Positions 18,879 to 30,355 are shown, counted from the first letter of the stretch. The stretch: DNA of 64,000 nucleotides from Candidatus Paceibacter sp. (GCA_020724925.1 DYGC01000001.1:5228-69227); one strand, 5' to 3'. A program made the numbers and translations. Notes: a model not told the origin generated them from the letters alone.

Positions 18879-19442
18879 ATGAATATTCTAATTATTGATA
18901 ATGAAACAATCAGACTGAAAGAATTAGTTTCATTATTAAAAAATCATAAATTAAAAATAATAAAAAGAAGTGAAATAGATTCTTTTGATTTTTTAAATAT
19001 TAATTTTATTGTACTTTCCGGTGGTAGTAATTTATCAATTGTTGGTAATGAAGATAAATATCAATCGGAAATTAATTTGATAAAAAATAGCAGTATTCCT
19101 ATAGTTGGTATTTGTTTAGGCTTTCAGCTAATTGCCTATATTTATGGATCTAATTTAATAAAATCAAAAGGGGAATATCAAACAATAGTTGATTTTAACA
19201 TTATTGAAAATGATTTTATTTTTAATGATTTATCAAATTTCAAAGTTTATGAGGCTCATAATTGGAAAATTGATAAAGTCCCTAAAGATTTTATAGTGTT
19301 GGCTGAGTCTGATGAAGCTATTCAAATTATAAAACATAAAAACCGAGAAGTTTATGGATTTCAGTTTCATCCTGAAATGTTCATTAATGAAACTTGTGGT
19401 AATAAAATTTTTAATAATCTTTTGAATAAATATAAAAAATAA
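18879..19442 (+). CDS. Class I glutamine amidotransferase (stand-alone, GuaA-A-like)
   Basis: LSGG, GICLGFQ (catalytic Cys), FQFHPE. Confidence 0.9.
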   Translation: MNILIIDNETIRLKELVSLLKNHKLKIIKRSEIDSFDFLNINFIVLSGGSNLSIVGNEDKYQSEINLIKNSSIPIVGICLGFQLIAYIYGSNLIKSKGEYQTIVDFNIIENDFIFNDLSNFKVYEAHNWKIDKVPKDFIVLAESDEAIQIIKHKNREVYGFQFHPEMFINETCGNKIFNNLLNKYKK

Positions 19443-19475
19443 AAAAAAGAAGGAATGTTTTTCCTTCTTTTTTAT
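19441..19475. terminator. Bidirectional terminator
   Basis: A-run-GAAGGAA/TTCCTTC-T-run between convergent genes. Confidence 0.7.
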
Positions 19476-22445
19476 TTAACGTAAGTTTAATAATCTTGTC
19501 TCCGTTTGTTTTTTGTTGCCATTACTGGTTATATCCAGATAATATTTATAATCGCCGGTTGTTTCTGGTGCTTGATTCCATTTAAAAGTATTACTTCCAT
19601 CAATAAAACTTTCATTAATTTTAAAGCACTTTGTTTCACCACCATCAATTGATTGATAGCAAAAATTCATTTCTTGAATTTGATTAGCACCAAGTACATC
19701 AGCGGTAAATACTAAAGGAAAAGCAGTAATCGGGTAAGTGTTATTATTTTGTGGATAAATAATGTTTATTTCTACTGGATAATTATTACTTGATATGTTA
19801 ATTGTTATTTCTTGTTCCGTGAAATTACCAACATCGTCACTGACTCTTACTTTAATAATGTGTTGTCCAATACTTTCATTATATAGAGAATATTCAACAT
19901 AATTGCTATTGTTACTAGGAATTATTTTATTGTCAAAGAAATACTCATATTTACTAATATCTCTTTTGGCAGTAGCTTGGACGGAAATATTTAATTTATT
20001 TTGGCTAATATTTTCATTATTTTGTGGTGAAATGATGGTTAAGTTTGGTTTATATTCAGGAGTATAAAAGTTTTCGTCACTTTCGGTGGGAGGGGTACTA
20101 ATATCAATCGGCTGCAGATCATCATTTGGATCGGCGTTGGCTTTTTCGTTATATTTAATTAACCAAGCTTGAATAGCGGATTCCCAACGTGTATAGAATG
20201 GATCGGCTGCGGGGTTTGTAGGATAAGGGCCATTGGGATTATTTTTATCACAATAATGGAGAATTGAATGTACTTCTCTAAAGGTTCTTTCTTCTACATA
20301 TTCTGCAGGTGTTTGGTCGGTGGCGATTCTTCCTGAAATTTTGTTTATTTTTAAAGTCACGCCTTTTAAAATACTACCATTTAAAACTGCTTTGGTGCTG
20401 TTGTTGTGGGGTGGGGCAGAAAAATATTCAATTGGTTTACCATCTAGTGCTTTTTGCATAAATTCTTTCCAGATTGGTCCAGCGACATAGACAGCATCAG
20501 CTTTGGGTCCGGACATTTCTTTGTTATCATTTCGGCCAACCCAAACACCAGTGGCCAGAGATGGCGTATAACCCATGGTCCAACCATCCTTATTATTATT
20601 GGTGGTACCGGTTTTTGCCGCGGCCTGGCGACCAGGTAAGTATAATGCGCTGTTAGCCCCAAAAATGTATTGTCGTGAAGGATCGTCACTCAAGACACTA
20701 TTTAACATTCGTACTGAATCTTGTTTAATAACTTGTTCACCAATTGTCTTGTTTTCATAGATAACATTACCTTGTCTATCAACAATTTTGGTAATTGGAC
20801 TTGGTTTGATATATAAGCCATCATTAGCAAAAGTTGCAAAAGATGATGTGTGTTCCAATAATTTAACTTCGGCACCACCAAGTACAAAGGTTAAACCAAA
20901 ACGATCCGGATCATTTAAGGTAGTATAACCAAATTTCTTGGCAATATCTAAAACATAATTTAATCCTGATAAATATAAAGTTTTTACGGCGGAGATGTTT
21001 AAAGATCCTTGAAGAGCTTTTCTCATGGTGACGGCACCGTATTCTTTAAAATTATAGTTGTATGGTTTGTAGCCGTTAAAATCAGTAACCACATCATAAA
21101 TTACCGTTTCTGGATAATAGCCTTTTTCAAAGGCGGATAAATAAACCAGAGGTTTAATTGAGGAGCCTGGTTGTCTTAAGGCCAAGGCAACATTGTATTG
21201 ACCATTATGATCATCATCAAAATAATCACGCGAACCAACCATTGTTAAAATATGACCATTTTTTGGATTGATTGAAACTAAGGCTGCGTTGTCACCGCCT
21301 TGTAGTTCAATGTTTTCCATATTTTTACTAATGGTCTCTTCGGCCAGTTTTTGTAAATTAAGATCAACGGTAGTATAAATTTTTAATCCACCATCTCTTA
21401 ATAATTGTTCACTATAATCATCCCCTAATAATTGATTGATATAATCAATAGTATACATTACAAAATGGGGGGCGATTATCTTATGATCATTTTTATTTTT
21501 AAAAATGATTTCATCATCTTTGGCATCATTATATTCATCTTCATTTATATAACCCTGGTCTTTCATTAAACTCAAAACTAATTGTTGTCTATCCAGTAAT
21601 TCATCAACATGACTACCAAACGGTGAAAAGTAAGATGGTCGTTGAATAATAGCCGCCAACACCGCCGCTTCAGCAATATTTAAATCTTTGGTACTTTTGC
21701 CAAGATAGTTTTGGGCGGCTGATTCAATTCCATAATAAACCGAACCAAAAGGAATTTCATTCAAATACATCTTTAATATTTGTTGCTTGTTAAATTTCTT
21801 TTCCAATTGCCAAGCCAAAATCATTTCCTTCAATTTACGAGTAATGGAAAATTCATTGGTTAAAATAGAGTTTTTTATAAATTGCTGAGTAATGGTGGAA
21901 GCCCCCTGATAAAAAGTTTTTGCTTTGCCGGTAAAGATTTTCCATACAATATTAATAGCATCAACGTAGATAGCCTTTAAAACGCGACGTGGAACCAATC
22001 CTTTATGATTATAAAAGTCTTTATCTTCAATTGCGACAACTGCATTGTAAACGTAAGAAGGCAAATCATCCAATTCGATGGAGGTGCGTTTTTCATCACC
22101 GTGTAATTCATATAATAAGGTTTTACCTTCGGAATCATAAATTTTCGTGGTTTCTGGCACAACGCGATTGATTAGTCCGTCGGTGGCTGGTAAATCTTTT
22201 GAAATATAAGCTACAAAAGCGGAAAATAAGATACCACCAACTAAGGCAACAATAACACCAATATAAAGAACCCAAGAAAATATTTTTTTCCAGTTTCTTT
22301 TCTTTTTGGGGGCAATCTCTTTTTGCTTGTTAAGATCATTTTTGAGAGAAGAGTTAGCCTTTTCTTGTTGGTAATCTTTTTTTATTTCATTAAAGGCGGA
22401 TTTGGCTAAATCTCTTTGATGAAAACGTTTTTTCTTTTTGGACAT
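19476..22445 (-). CDS. Class A penicillin-binding protein (PBP1A-like) with C-terminal Ig-like domains
   Basis: EDKDFY, GASTITQQ, RKLKE transglycosylase; SSIK, SLN, KTGT transpeptidase. Confidence 0.95.
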   Translation of the reverse strand: MSKKKKRFHQRDLAKSAFNEIKKDYQQEKANSSLKNDLNKQKEIAPKKKRNWKKIFSWVLYIGVIVALVGGILFSAFVAYISKDLPATDGLINRVVPETTKIYDSEGKTLLYELHGDEKRTSIELDDLPSYVYNAVVAIEDKDFYNHKGLVPRRVLKAIYVDAINIVWKIFTGKAKTFYQGASTITQQFIKNSILTNEFSITRKLKEMILAWQLEKKFNKQQILKMYLNEIPFGSVYYGIESAAQNYLGKSTKDLNIAEAAVLAAIIQRPSYFSPFGSHVDELLDRQQLVLSLMKDQGYINEDEYNDAKDDEIIFKNKNDHKIIAPHFVMYTIDYINQLLGDDYSEQLLRDGGLKIYTTVDLNLQKLAEETISKNMENIELQGGDNAALVSINPKNGHILTMVGSRDYFDDDHNGQYNVALALRQPGSSIKPLVYLSAFEKGYYPETVIYDVVTDFNGYKPYNYNFKEYGAVTMRKALQGSLNISAVKTLYLSGLNYVLDIAKKFGYTTLNDPDRFGLTFVLGGAEVKLLEHTSSFATFANDGLYIKPSPITKIVDRQGNVIYENKTIGEQVIKQDSVRMLNSVLSDDPSRQYIFGANSALYLPGRQAAAKTGTTNNNKDGWTMGYTPSLATGVWVGRNDNKEMSGPKADAVYVAGPIWKEFMQKALDGKPIEYFSAPPHNNSTKAVLNGSILKGVTLKINKISGRIATDQTPAEYVEERTFREVHSILHYCDKNNPNGPYPTNPAADPFYTRWESAIQAWLIKYNEKANADPNDDLQPIDISTPPTESDENFYTPEYKPNLTIISPQNNENISQNKLNISVQATAKRDISKYEYFFDNKIIPSNNSNYVEYSLYNESIGQHIIKVRVSDDVGNFTEQEITINISSNNYPVEINIIYPQNNNTYPITAFPLVFTADVLGANQIQEMNFCYQSIDGGETKCFKINESFIDGSNTFKWNQAPETTGDYKYYLDITSNGNKKQTETRLLNLR

Positions 22446-22516
22446 ATAAAATAATTATCATTATAAGTGTCTCTATAATGTTTATTGTAAAAAATAATAA
22501 GAAATTAAGCAAACCT

Positions 22517-23791
22517 TTATTTTAATCCAAGTGTTTCCTTGATAAAATCAATAGTCTTTTTGTTTAAAAGATTTTGTTCGATGTAATGAAGGAAACGTTT
22601 ATTGTTTTTCATTTCTTCGGCCGCCTCACCATATTGTGTTAATTGTTGATTGATTTCCTCTTCGGACACAGATAATTGGTTTTTTTCAACAATTTCTTTT
22701 AAAATTAAGGAAATTTTTACTCTTTTTTCGGCTTCCGGACGCATTTCTTTTAATAATTCTTCCTCGGTTTTTTTAATGTGTTCCAAATAATGGTCATAAT
22801 TTCCTCGTTGTTTTTCAATATTTTGCTTTAATTCATTAAGCATGACACGTGTTTCTTGATCAAGGAAAGCATCGTTGATATGGTCAAAATCGGCTTTTTT
22901 TAACAATTCGTCAAAAACTTGGTTCATATTTTGAATGTCGGCATTTTTGCTTTTCTCACCCAAAAGATTATTTTTCATAGCCTCTTTTAACTCAGCCAAA
23001 CTTCCATATTTTAGTTCTTTGGCCATTTCGTCGTTAATTTCTGGATATTCGCGTTCCATCACTTTGTTAATTTTTACTTTAAACTCAGCGGATTTTCCAG
23101 CAATCGGTTTATGTGGGTAGTCTTTTGGAAAGTCTAAATTAAAGGTTTTCTCTTCACCGGCATTTAATCCAATTAAGGCTTCTTCAAAGCCTGGAATCAT
23201 GGTTTGTTGGCCCACTACTAAGTGATAATCCTTGGCTGATCCACCTTCTAATGGCACGTTATCGACGGATACATCAAAATTTAAAATGGCGACATTGCCA
23301 TTGGTAATTGGTCGCAATATTTCTTTTTCTTTAGCCAAATACTCAAGCATTCCTTTCATTGATTCATCGACCTCTTTGTCTGAAACCTCTGGTTTTTCGG
23401 ATTTAATTTTGATTTTATCCCAAGCTTTTAATTCAACCGTTGGTAAATTATAAATAGTAGCTTTGAATTCAATAGGGTTATTGGGGGCCAATTTATCCAT
23501 TTCAATTTTTGGCGTGATAAATAGACGCAAATCATTTTCTTTTAAAATTTGGTTGAGGGCGGTATCAACAATATCTTCTACTGAACTTTGTAATAAATAC
23601 ATTTCCCCAACTTGCTTTTTAACCACATCGAAAGGGATTTTTCCGGCACGAAAACCATCAATTTTTAAATCTTTATTGATTTTTTTAGCGGTTTTTTCTA
23701 AAAATTGTTCAATTTCTTCATAAGGAATGTTAATTTCAAAACAAATTTCCCCCTTTTTTTCATCGATTTTTTTGTTTGCAACTAATTTCAT
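22517..23791 (-). CDS. tig: Trigger factor
   Basis: IDGFRAGKIP ribosome-binding motif; MIPGFEEALIG; FPKDYP FKBP domain. Confidence 0.95.
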   Translation of the reverse strand: MKLVANKKIDEKKGEICFEINIPYEEIEQFLEKTAKKINKDLKIDGFRAGKIPFDVVKKQVGEMYLLQSSVEDIVDTALNQILKENDLRLFITPKIEMDKLAPNNPIEFKATIYNLPTVELKAWDKIKIKSEKPEVSDKEVDESMKGMLEYLAKEKEILRPITNGNVAILNFDVSVDNVPLEGGSAKDYHLVVGQQTMIPGFEEALIGLNAGEEKTFNLDFPKDYPHKPIAGKSAEFKVKINKVMEREYPEINDEMAKELKYGSLAELKEAMKNNLLGEKSKNADIQNMNQVFDELLKKADFDHINDAFLDQETRVMLNELKQNIEKQRGNYDHYLEHIKKTEEELLKEMRPEAEKRVKISLILKEIVEKNQLSVSEEEINQQLTQYGEAAEEMKNNKRFLHYIEQNLLNKKTIDFIKETLGLK

Positions 23792-23888
23792 AGTGTATTA
23801 TTTATGGATTAAATAAATTTTTATGTTTTTAAGATTATCATAGGTCATTTTGTTTGTAAAGTAATCATCAATTATAGTTAGAAACAAC

Positions 23889-23897
23889 TTATCCACA
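23889..23897 (+). promoter_or_regulatory. DnaA box
   Basis: Perfect TTATCCACA between tig and the small-ORF promoter. Confidence 0.5.
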
Positions 23898-24076
23898 GGC
23901 GTTTTTTACTTTTTTTATCTAAAATTAAACAAATAATAAAGATCTTAGGTTTTGGTTGGTCAGATATTAACAGCTATGCTATAATGGTTTTGTGAGTAAG
24001 TGATTCGGACTTATACGCCAAGGTCGGAGTCCAAGATAATCACTTATCAACAAAAAATAAAAATAAAAATAAAAGT

Positions 24077-24202
24077 ATGAAACAATTTAAAGAAGCCATG
24101 TATCACGAATTGTTCGTGAGAGATTGTACCAATATGTCTTACTTTGTGCTTTTTGCCTTAGTTATTGGTGCCAACTTGGCCTTAGCCGGTGGTTTGATCT
24201 AA
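24077..24202 (+). CDS. Small membrane protein (41 aa), not in ORF track
   Basis: MKQFKEAMYHELFVRDCTNMSYFVLFALVIGANLALAGGLI; upstream TGcTATAAT (23977-23985), A-rich leader, downstream terminator. Confidence 0.6.
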   Translation: MKQFKEAMYHELFVRDCTNMSYFVLFALVIGANLALAGGLI

Positions 24203-24230
24203 TATAACCATCATTACTATTGGGTAGATA

Positions 24231-24275
24231 CTAAAAAAACGCTTATTTCTCCTTGAGAACCAAGCGCTTTTTTAG
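24231..24275. terminator. Bidirectional terminator
   Basis: CTAAAAAAACGCTT...AAGCGCTTTTTTAG hairpin between convergent genes. Confidence 0.6.
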
Positions 24276-24286
24276 TTTGTGGTGGG

Positions 24287-25717
24287 TTATTTTCGTTTTT
24301 TATTTTTAACTTCCTCGATTGTTTTGAGCGTTAAAACATGGTTATCTATTTTTTCTTTAACTTCCTTTTTTAATTTTGATAAAGTATTAGCATTTTTGAT
24401 TTCATTATCTAGGGGGGTAGCTGGTTCTGTCTCGCTAATATAATTGCTTAGTATTAACTGAAGTGCTTTTATTTTTAATAAGGGCTTATTGTTTTCTAGA
24501 AATTTTTCAAAGTCTTTGATTTTTTCTTGTTTTTCTTTTTCTGGGCGAGGAGTTGAGAAGTATTGTTTATATTCTTTAATTTTAGCCTCAATTTGTTGTA
24601 ATTCTTTTCCGCTGATGCTGATCCCCTTTTGGTTTTTTTTGTAGTTAAATAAGAACAATTGTTTTATTAAGTCTGTGTTGTTTTCGGCCGGCGATGCCCC
24701 GGCAGATGTTAAAAAGCTTGTAAATTTATGATGTTTTTCCTTGGTGTGCTTAAGTGCTTCTTTGTTGTAGTTTTTAAAACGTTTTAATTCAACTTTGGCT
24801 TTTTCTATTAGTGTACCATTTTTTCCCTTGGCTTTTTTTTCATTTAATATTTCTAGGTTGTCATTTATAATATTATTCGAGGAGAGCCTGTGTATCTCAA
24901 TGATTAATTTGCTAAAATATTGCTTTTTGTCTTTTCGTTCGTTTTGGTAATGTTTTATGTCGGTGTCTATTTTATCAGCATTATGTATTTGAGTTGCTTT
25001 TAAGCTTGATAAATTATTGATTTTATAATCATAAAAATCAAGCTCAAAGTCCCTGATCATTTGAAGGTTTTTAACGGCGGTGTCAAGGTTTGTTTCTAGC
25101 CCACGTGCTTGCCGACTGGTTAGAAAGGTTTTCTTGTGGGCCGCTTTTTCAAGTTTTTGAAAAGCAAAAACATTTTTTATGACATCTAGTGTGATGATAT
25201 TGGCTTGCTCTATGCCAAAAAGTGTTGCTTCGGTTTTTTCCTGGTTATCAACACTGTAAGCATTTTCTAGGCCATTTAATAATTTTATTTGTTTTTCAAG
25301 GTCGGTGATGTGTTTTTGGGTGCCAGGGATGCTTTCTTTCCAATATTTCAACAATTTTTTGGTATTTTTAAAGTAACCAAGTTCGTCGAGAATACTTTTA
25401 TATTGTCTGGGGTATTTTTTTTCAATTAGGTTTTTTAATTCACCCAAGTTTAGGTATTTGGGATCCCTGGTAATAACGCTTGTTACAAAAGATATGCTTT
25501 CTTGTCTTGTTTTTAATAGTGACGACAGGACGTTTTTTTTATTGTTTAGTTCCTCAAAGATTTCATCGTTTGGTTTGTTTTTTTTTCCAATCAGATTGTA
25601 GATTTGAAAAATGTCTTTTTCGGCTTGGTCAAAATCAATAAAACCCTCTGTCATGGAATCCTTTACTTCGGAAAGGGTTGGTGTGTGTTCTTGGGCACTT
25701 TTAGGAAAATTAAACAT
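24287..25717 (-). CDS. Hypothetical Lys-rich helical/coiled-coil protein
   Basis: 476-aa ORF, no recognised motif. Confidence 0.7.
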   Translation of the reverse strand: MFNFPKSAQEHTPTLSEVKDSMTEGFIDFDQAEKDIFQIYNLIGKKNKPNDEIFEELNNKKNVLSSLLKTRQESISFVTSVITRDPKYLNLGELKNLIEKKYPRQYKSILDELGYFKNTKKLLKYWKESIPGTQKHITDLEKQIKLLNGLENAYSVDNQEKTEATLFGIEQANIITLDVIKNVFAFQKLEKAAHKKTFLTSRQARGLETNLDTAVKNLQMIRDFELDFYDYKINNLSSLKATQIHNADKIDTDIKHYQNERKDKKQYFSKLIIEIHRLSSNNIINDNLEILNEKKAKGKNGTLIEKAKVELKRFKNYNKEALKHTKEKHHKFTSFLTSAGASPAENNTDLIKQLFLFNYKKNQKGISISGKELQQIEAKIKEYKQYFSTPRPEKEKQEKIKDFEKFLENNKPLLKIKALQLILSNYISETEPATPLDNEIKNANTLSKLKKEVKEKIDNHVLTLKTIEEVKNKKRK

Positions 25718-25886
25718 ATTTTTATTTTTAATAAGAATTTTTAATTGCTACTACTTATAATAGTAAAAATTTTAACTTTAGACAAATTTTTATTAATGGC
25801 ATCAAATCATTTTGGCTTTTTGTCAATCTTGTTTTTTCTAAAAAAATTGCTATTATAGCGTTGTCATAATTAGTAAAATAAAAAAA

Positions 25887-26219
25887 ATGACCAGCCAACA
25901 ACAATTGCACCAACTGGTAGAAAAAGAACAGGAATTAGACCAGGCTTGGCAGCACGCCTTGGAAAAATCAGAAAATGAAATTCGTGAATATAATGATAAA
26001 CAAGAGGAACGTTTAAATAATCTGCGATCAGATGATGACTTGATTAAGTCGGTGGCTGGCTTGGTTGAGCAAGCAAAAAAGGATGGACAGTTGATATTAA
26101 TCAATCACCAAAGGGAATTAAAGAAAGTCTTGGGCGATTTGGAGGATCGCTACAGACAAAGAGAGGCCTTGCTAGCAAAACAGATTATCGAAAATTTTAA
26201 AAATAAATATAGCAATTAA
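25887..26219 (+). CDS. V/A-type ATPase subunit G/H (peripheral stalk)
   Basis: Charged helical 110 aa, first gene of the ATPase operon. Confidence 0.7.
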   Translation: MTSQQQLHQLVEKEQELDQAWQHALEKSENEIREYNDKQEERLNNLRSDDDLIKSVAGLVEQAKKDGQLILINHQRELKKVLGDLEDRYRQREALLAKQIIENFKNKYSN

Positions 26220-26220
26220 T

Positions 26221-28269
26221 ATGGCCGTACGCAGCATTAACAAAAAATATCTGGTTGTTCCTAAGGATAAGTATCAAATCGCTTTGGAGATTTTACAAAG
26301 TTATGCTGCCATACAACTTGAACCCTTGTCAGATGATGAGTTGGAACTGGAGGGCCGTGATGATTTTAAGCCCCTTGACGATAATGATAAAAGTGAATAT
26401 TGGTTAAGTAATATAAAGTTTGCCCTCAATTTTTTAAAAGATTATTTGCCTAAAACAAAAAAGGCTGGTTTTTCTTTTAAAAAGGAAAATATTGTCGTTA
26501 CAGAGAATGATATTGAGAGAATTTTGGCAGAATTTCCATTTAAACAGGTAGTTAAGGATTTAGAGAACCAAGAGAAAGCTTATAACGAAAATAAAAACGT
26601 TTTGAGTGTGTTGCGTCGTGAAGAAAAATTGATTGCTAATTGGAAAGATTTGGCAATTCATCCAGGTTCTTATAGTGAGTTTGAGGTGGTGGTAGGGTCG
26701 TTGCCGGTGCAAAAAATGACGGAATTTGAACATAAAATTAAAATGGAAAGTCATTTTTTTGATTTTATATCCTTACAAGAACAAGATCGTCGGATTTTTG
26801 GTGCGGCGGTGATATTGGGGACAGAAGTGGAAAAATTTGAGCAATTGGCCCATTTATATGATTGGCAAGGAGAGAAGCTTGATTTTAAGGACAGAAAAAC
26901 CATCAAGGATTTGTTGTTTGAAATTGATACCAAAAAACGTGAAGCCAAACGGAAGCTTAAAGAAATAGAAGGGGAAATTCAGAAAAATATTGTTTATTAT
27001 AAAAATTTCCAAATTTTGCATGATTATTATACCTGGCGAACCGAAAGATATAATGAAACAAAAAAAATGTTAGCCACGCAGAGTTCGGTGGTTTTACAGG
27101 GGTGGGTTCCAGAGGATTTATTAACTAGGATTAAACAACAATTTAAGAAAGCAATGGGTGATGAATGGGCGATTTTGCCAGCTCCTTTGAAGGACAACGA
27201 GGAGGTTCCGGTAGAAATTCAAAATCATCCAGGGGTTTTACCATTTGAGGCAGTGACTGATATTTATGGTAATCCAAAATCCGATGAACCAGATCCAACT
27301 ATTTTGTTAGCCCCGTTTTTTATTGTATATTTTGGTTTGTGTCTAACTGATGCCGGTTATGGTGTGATTTTGTCTTTGTTGGCTGGGTTGGGAATTTATT
27401 TGTTTAGACCAACCGGTGGCATGAAAAAATTGTTGTGGTTGATGGTTTATGGTGGTGCCGCCACGTTCATACTGGGCGCCTTGTTTGGTGGTTGGTTTGG
27501 TTTAAATCTGGAAACATTACCATGGCCGTGGTTAAGTGAATTGTTATTGCGTTTGCGGGTTTTAAATCCTAACACCGATCCGATTACGGTTTTAATTTTG
27601 ACTTTGATTTTAGGAATTGTACAAATCGTGATTGGTTTGTTAATTGGATTTTATTGGAAAATTAAACAGAAAAAATATACAGAAGCTTTTTTGGATAGTG
27701 GCTTGTGGGCATTATCATTAATTTTGATTTCTTTGTTTGTTTTGAGTTTACAAGGAATTTTCTTAGCAGATTTTAAGCAATGGATCATTTATAGTATTTA
27801 TGGTTGTTTATTGGCTTTGGTTTTGACGCAGGGAAGGCATTATAAAGGAATTGTCGCCAAGCTGGGCGTAGGCGTAATTAGTTTGTATAATTTTGTTGGT
27901 TATTTTAGTGATGTTTTATCTTTCTCTCGTTTGTTGGCTTTGGGTTTGGCAACCGGTATTATCGCCATGGTTGTCAATTTGATTGCTGGTTTGGTGTGGA
28001 ACGTGGCTTATGTTGGTTGGTTGTTGGGGATAATTATTTTGGTTGGCGGACATCTTTTCAACTTAGCAATTAATGTTTTGGGAGCTTATATTCACTCTGG
28101 CCGTTTGCAGTTCGTGGAATTTTTTCCCAAGTTTATGGAAGGCGGCGGTCGCAAGTTTAAACCAATTAAGCAAGAGTCAACATATATTAAGGTGAAAAAA
28201 GAGAAAGACGGGCCATTGTTGTTAGATGATGATTTGTCGCTTAATAAGGATTTGGAAGAGGATAAATAA
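26221..28269 (+). CDS. atpI: V/A-type ATPase subunit I (a)
   Basis: DPT-FFIVYFGLCLTDAGYG, SDVLSFSRLLALGLA, HSGRLQFVEFF. Confidence 0.95.
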   Translation: MAVRSINKKYLVVPKDKYQIALEILQSYAAIQLEPLSDDELELEGRDDFKPLDDNDKSEYWLSNIKFALNFLKDYLPKTKKAGFSFKKENIVVTENDIERILAEFPFKQVVKDLENQEKAYNENKNVLSVLRREEKLIANWKDLAIHPGSYSEFEVVVGSLPVQKMTEFEHKIKMESHFFDFISLQEQDRRIFGAAVILGTEVEKFEQLAHLYDWQGEKLDFKDRKTIKDLLFEIDTKKREAKRKLKEIEGEIQKNIVYYKNFQILHDYYTWRTERYNETKKMLATQSSVVLQGWVPEDLLTRIKQQFKKAMGDEWAILPAPLKDNEEVPVEIQNHPGVLPFEAVTDIYGNPKSDEPDPTILLAPFFIVYFGLCLTDAGYGVILSLLAGLGIYLFRPTGGMKKLLWLMVYGGAATFILGALFGGWFGLNLETLPWPWLSELLLRLRVLNPNTDPITVLILTLILGIVQIVIGLLIGFYWKIKQKKYTEAFLDSGLWALSLILISLFVLSLQGIFLADFKQWIIYSIYGCLLALVLTQGRHYKGIVAKLGVGVISLYNFVGYFSDVLSFSRLLALGLATGIIAMVVNLIAGLVWNVAYVGWLLGIIILVGGHLFNLAINVLGAYIHSGRLQFVEFFPKFMEGGGRKFKPIKQESTYIKVKKEKDGPLLLDDDLSLNKDLEEDK

Positions 28270-28288
28270 TTTAATAATTAATAAGTAA

Positions 28289-28768
<480 letters not shown>

Positions 28769-28777
28769 TAAGAGTTT

Positions 28778-29341
28778 ATGTCTATTGCAAACATAATTAA
28801 TCATTTGGAAGAAAAGCATAGTCAACGTTTGTCTGAATTGGAACAAAACCATCTCGCTCGTTTAGCTTCTTTAAAAAAACAATGGGAGGATCGTTTTACT
28901 GATGCCAGACAAAAGATTTTAAGTGAATACCAACAAAAATCGCAACAAAAATTGGCACAGTTGTCTTTTAAGCAAAGAGAACAGTGGCAACGGGAGGTTT
29001 TGCAGAAAAAGCAAACATTAATTGATGATTTATTTGATCAGGTATGGCAAGAATTAAAATCATTGTCCGATAGAGATTATGATGCTTTGTTGCGCAAGGC
29101 TTTTGCCAAGCTACCAAAGTCTAATGGAAAAATTCAAGTCGCTCCTGATGGCGAGACCATTTGCCAAAAAATAATTAAAGATTTGGGGCGGGGTGACGAG
29201 CTGATTGTCAGCAAGCACTTTGCTGATCGCGGCTTTATTTATAGTAATGATAAAGTTTTGATTGATTATTCTTTTAATTTTGTGTTGCGGCACTTAAAGA
29301 ATGATAGCGTGGTTGATTTAAATAATTCCTTATTTGAATAG
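28778..29341 (+). CDS. atpE: V/A-type ATPase subunit E
   Basis: Coiled-coil N-terminus, GFI-x6-IDYSF C-terminus, operon position. Confidence 0.8.
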   Translation: MSIANIINHLEEKHSQRLSELEQNHLARLASLKKQWEDRFTDARQKILSEYQQKSQQKLAQLSFKQREQWQREVLQKKQTLIDDLFDQVWQELKSLSDRDYDALLRKAFAKLPKSNGKIQVAPDGETICQKIIKDLGRGDELIVSKHFADRGFIYSNDKVLIDYSFNFVLRHLKNDSVVDLNNSLFE

Positions 29342-29349
29342 CTTTATTT

Positions 29350-30351
29350 ATGAATCAAGAAGCTTACGCTTATGCCAGTGCTAAGGTTCGGGCCTTGGAG
29401 TCTTATATGTTGAGCGAGGCAGATATTGTGCGCTTGGTAGAGGCAAAGGATGCGGAAGTGGCGTTTAAAGTTTTAAACGATACTGATTATGGTAGCGAAA
29501 TGTTGGATTTACAAGTTCATGAATATAAAGTGGCAATTAATCGCAAGCTTTTGCGTTTGCAAAAAGTTTTACTGAAAACAATCCCGGATTACGATTTGTT
29601 GAAGTTATTATATTTGGAGTATGACTATAATAATATAAAATTATTATTTAAATCCCGATATTTTTCTTGGCCGGCAGAGGAGTGGTTGATTGAATTTCCG
29701 GGTTTGGAGAAGGTTGATCAGTTGCGACGTTATATTATTGAGGATTTGGATGCCGGCGTTGATGAATACATTAAGCATCATATTAATCAGGGGAAATCTT
29801 TGGCCAAAGAGGCGGGGCCTTCATTGAGTCCGGCTCAGCTCGAGAATTTTTTTGATCGAAAATATTTTAAGTCAGCTTTGAAAATCGCGGAACGTTTAAA
29901 AAACGATTTTGTTTTAGAAACCTGGCGACGTTTGATCGATATTGCCAATGCAAAAATCACCGTGCGTGGTTTGTTGAACCAACAATCGATAGATTGGATA
30001 AATGATCGTTTGCACAATGGTGGTTTGACCGATATTTTTTATTGGCAACAAGCCTTTGCCGGCGGAATGGATGCGGTAGTTAACCGTTTGTCTTTGTTGT
30101 GGCCAAGTAATGATGGTTTTTGGGATAGTTTTAGACAGAATTTGGATTTAAGTCAGCTAGATCGCCAATTTCAAAATTCTTTTTTGGGGCATTTGCGAAA
30201 AGCCAAGCTGATTGGTTATGGTCCGGAAACGGTGGTGGCGTATTTTTTTGCCAAAATGAATGCCGTGAGGAATATCAATATTGCGATGGCTTTAAAAATC
30301 AATCAGGTACCTAGTCAAAATATTAAAAATTATTTAAGCGACTTATATTAA
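29350..30351 (+). CDS. atpC: V/A-type ATPase subunit C
   Basis: YAYASAKVRALE, YDYNNIK, IDIAN, GPETVVAY. Confidence 0.9.
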   Translation: MNQEAYAYASAKVRALESYMLSEADIVRLVEAKDAEVAFKVLNDTDYGSEMLDLQVHEYKVAINRKLLRLQKVLLKTIPDYDLLKLLYLEYDYNNIKLLFKSRYFSWPAEEWLIEFPGLEKVDQLRRYIIEDLDAGVDEYIKHHINQGKSLAKEAGPSLSPAQLENFFDRKYFKSALKIAERLKNDFVLETWRRLIDIANAKITVRGLLNQQSIDWINDRLHNGGLTDIFYWQQAFAGGMDAVVNRLSLLWPSNDGFWDSFRQNLDLSQLDRQFQNSFLGHLRKAKLIGYGPETVVAYFFAKMNAVRNINIAMALKINQVPSQNIKNYLSDLY

Positions 30352-30355
30352 TTTT

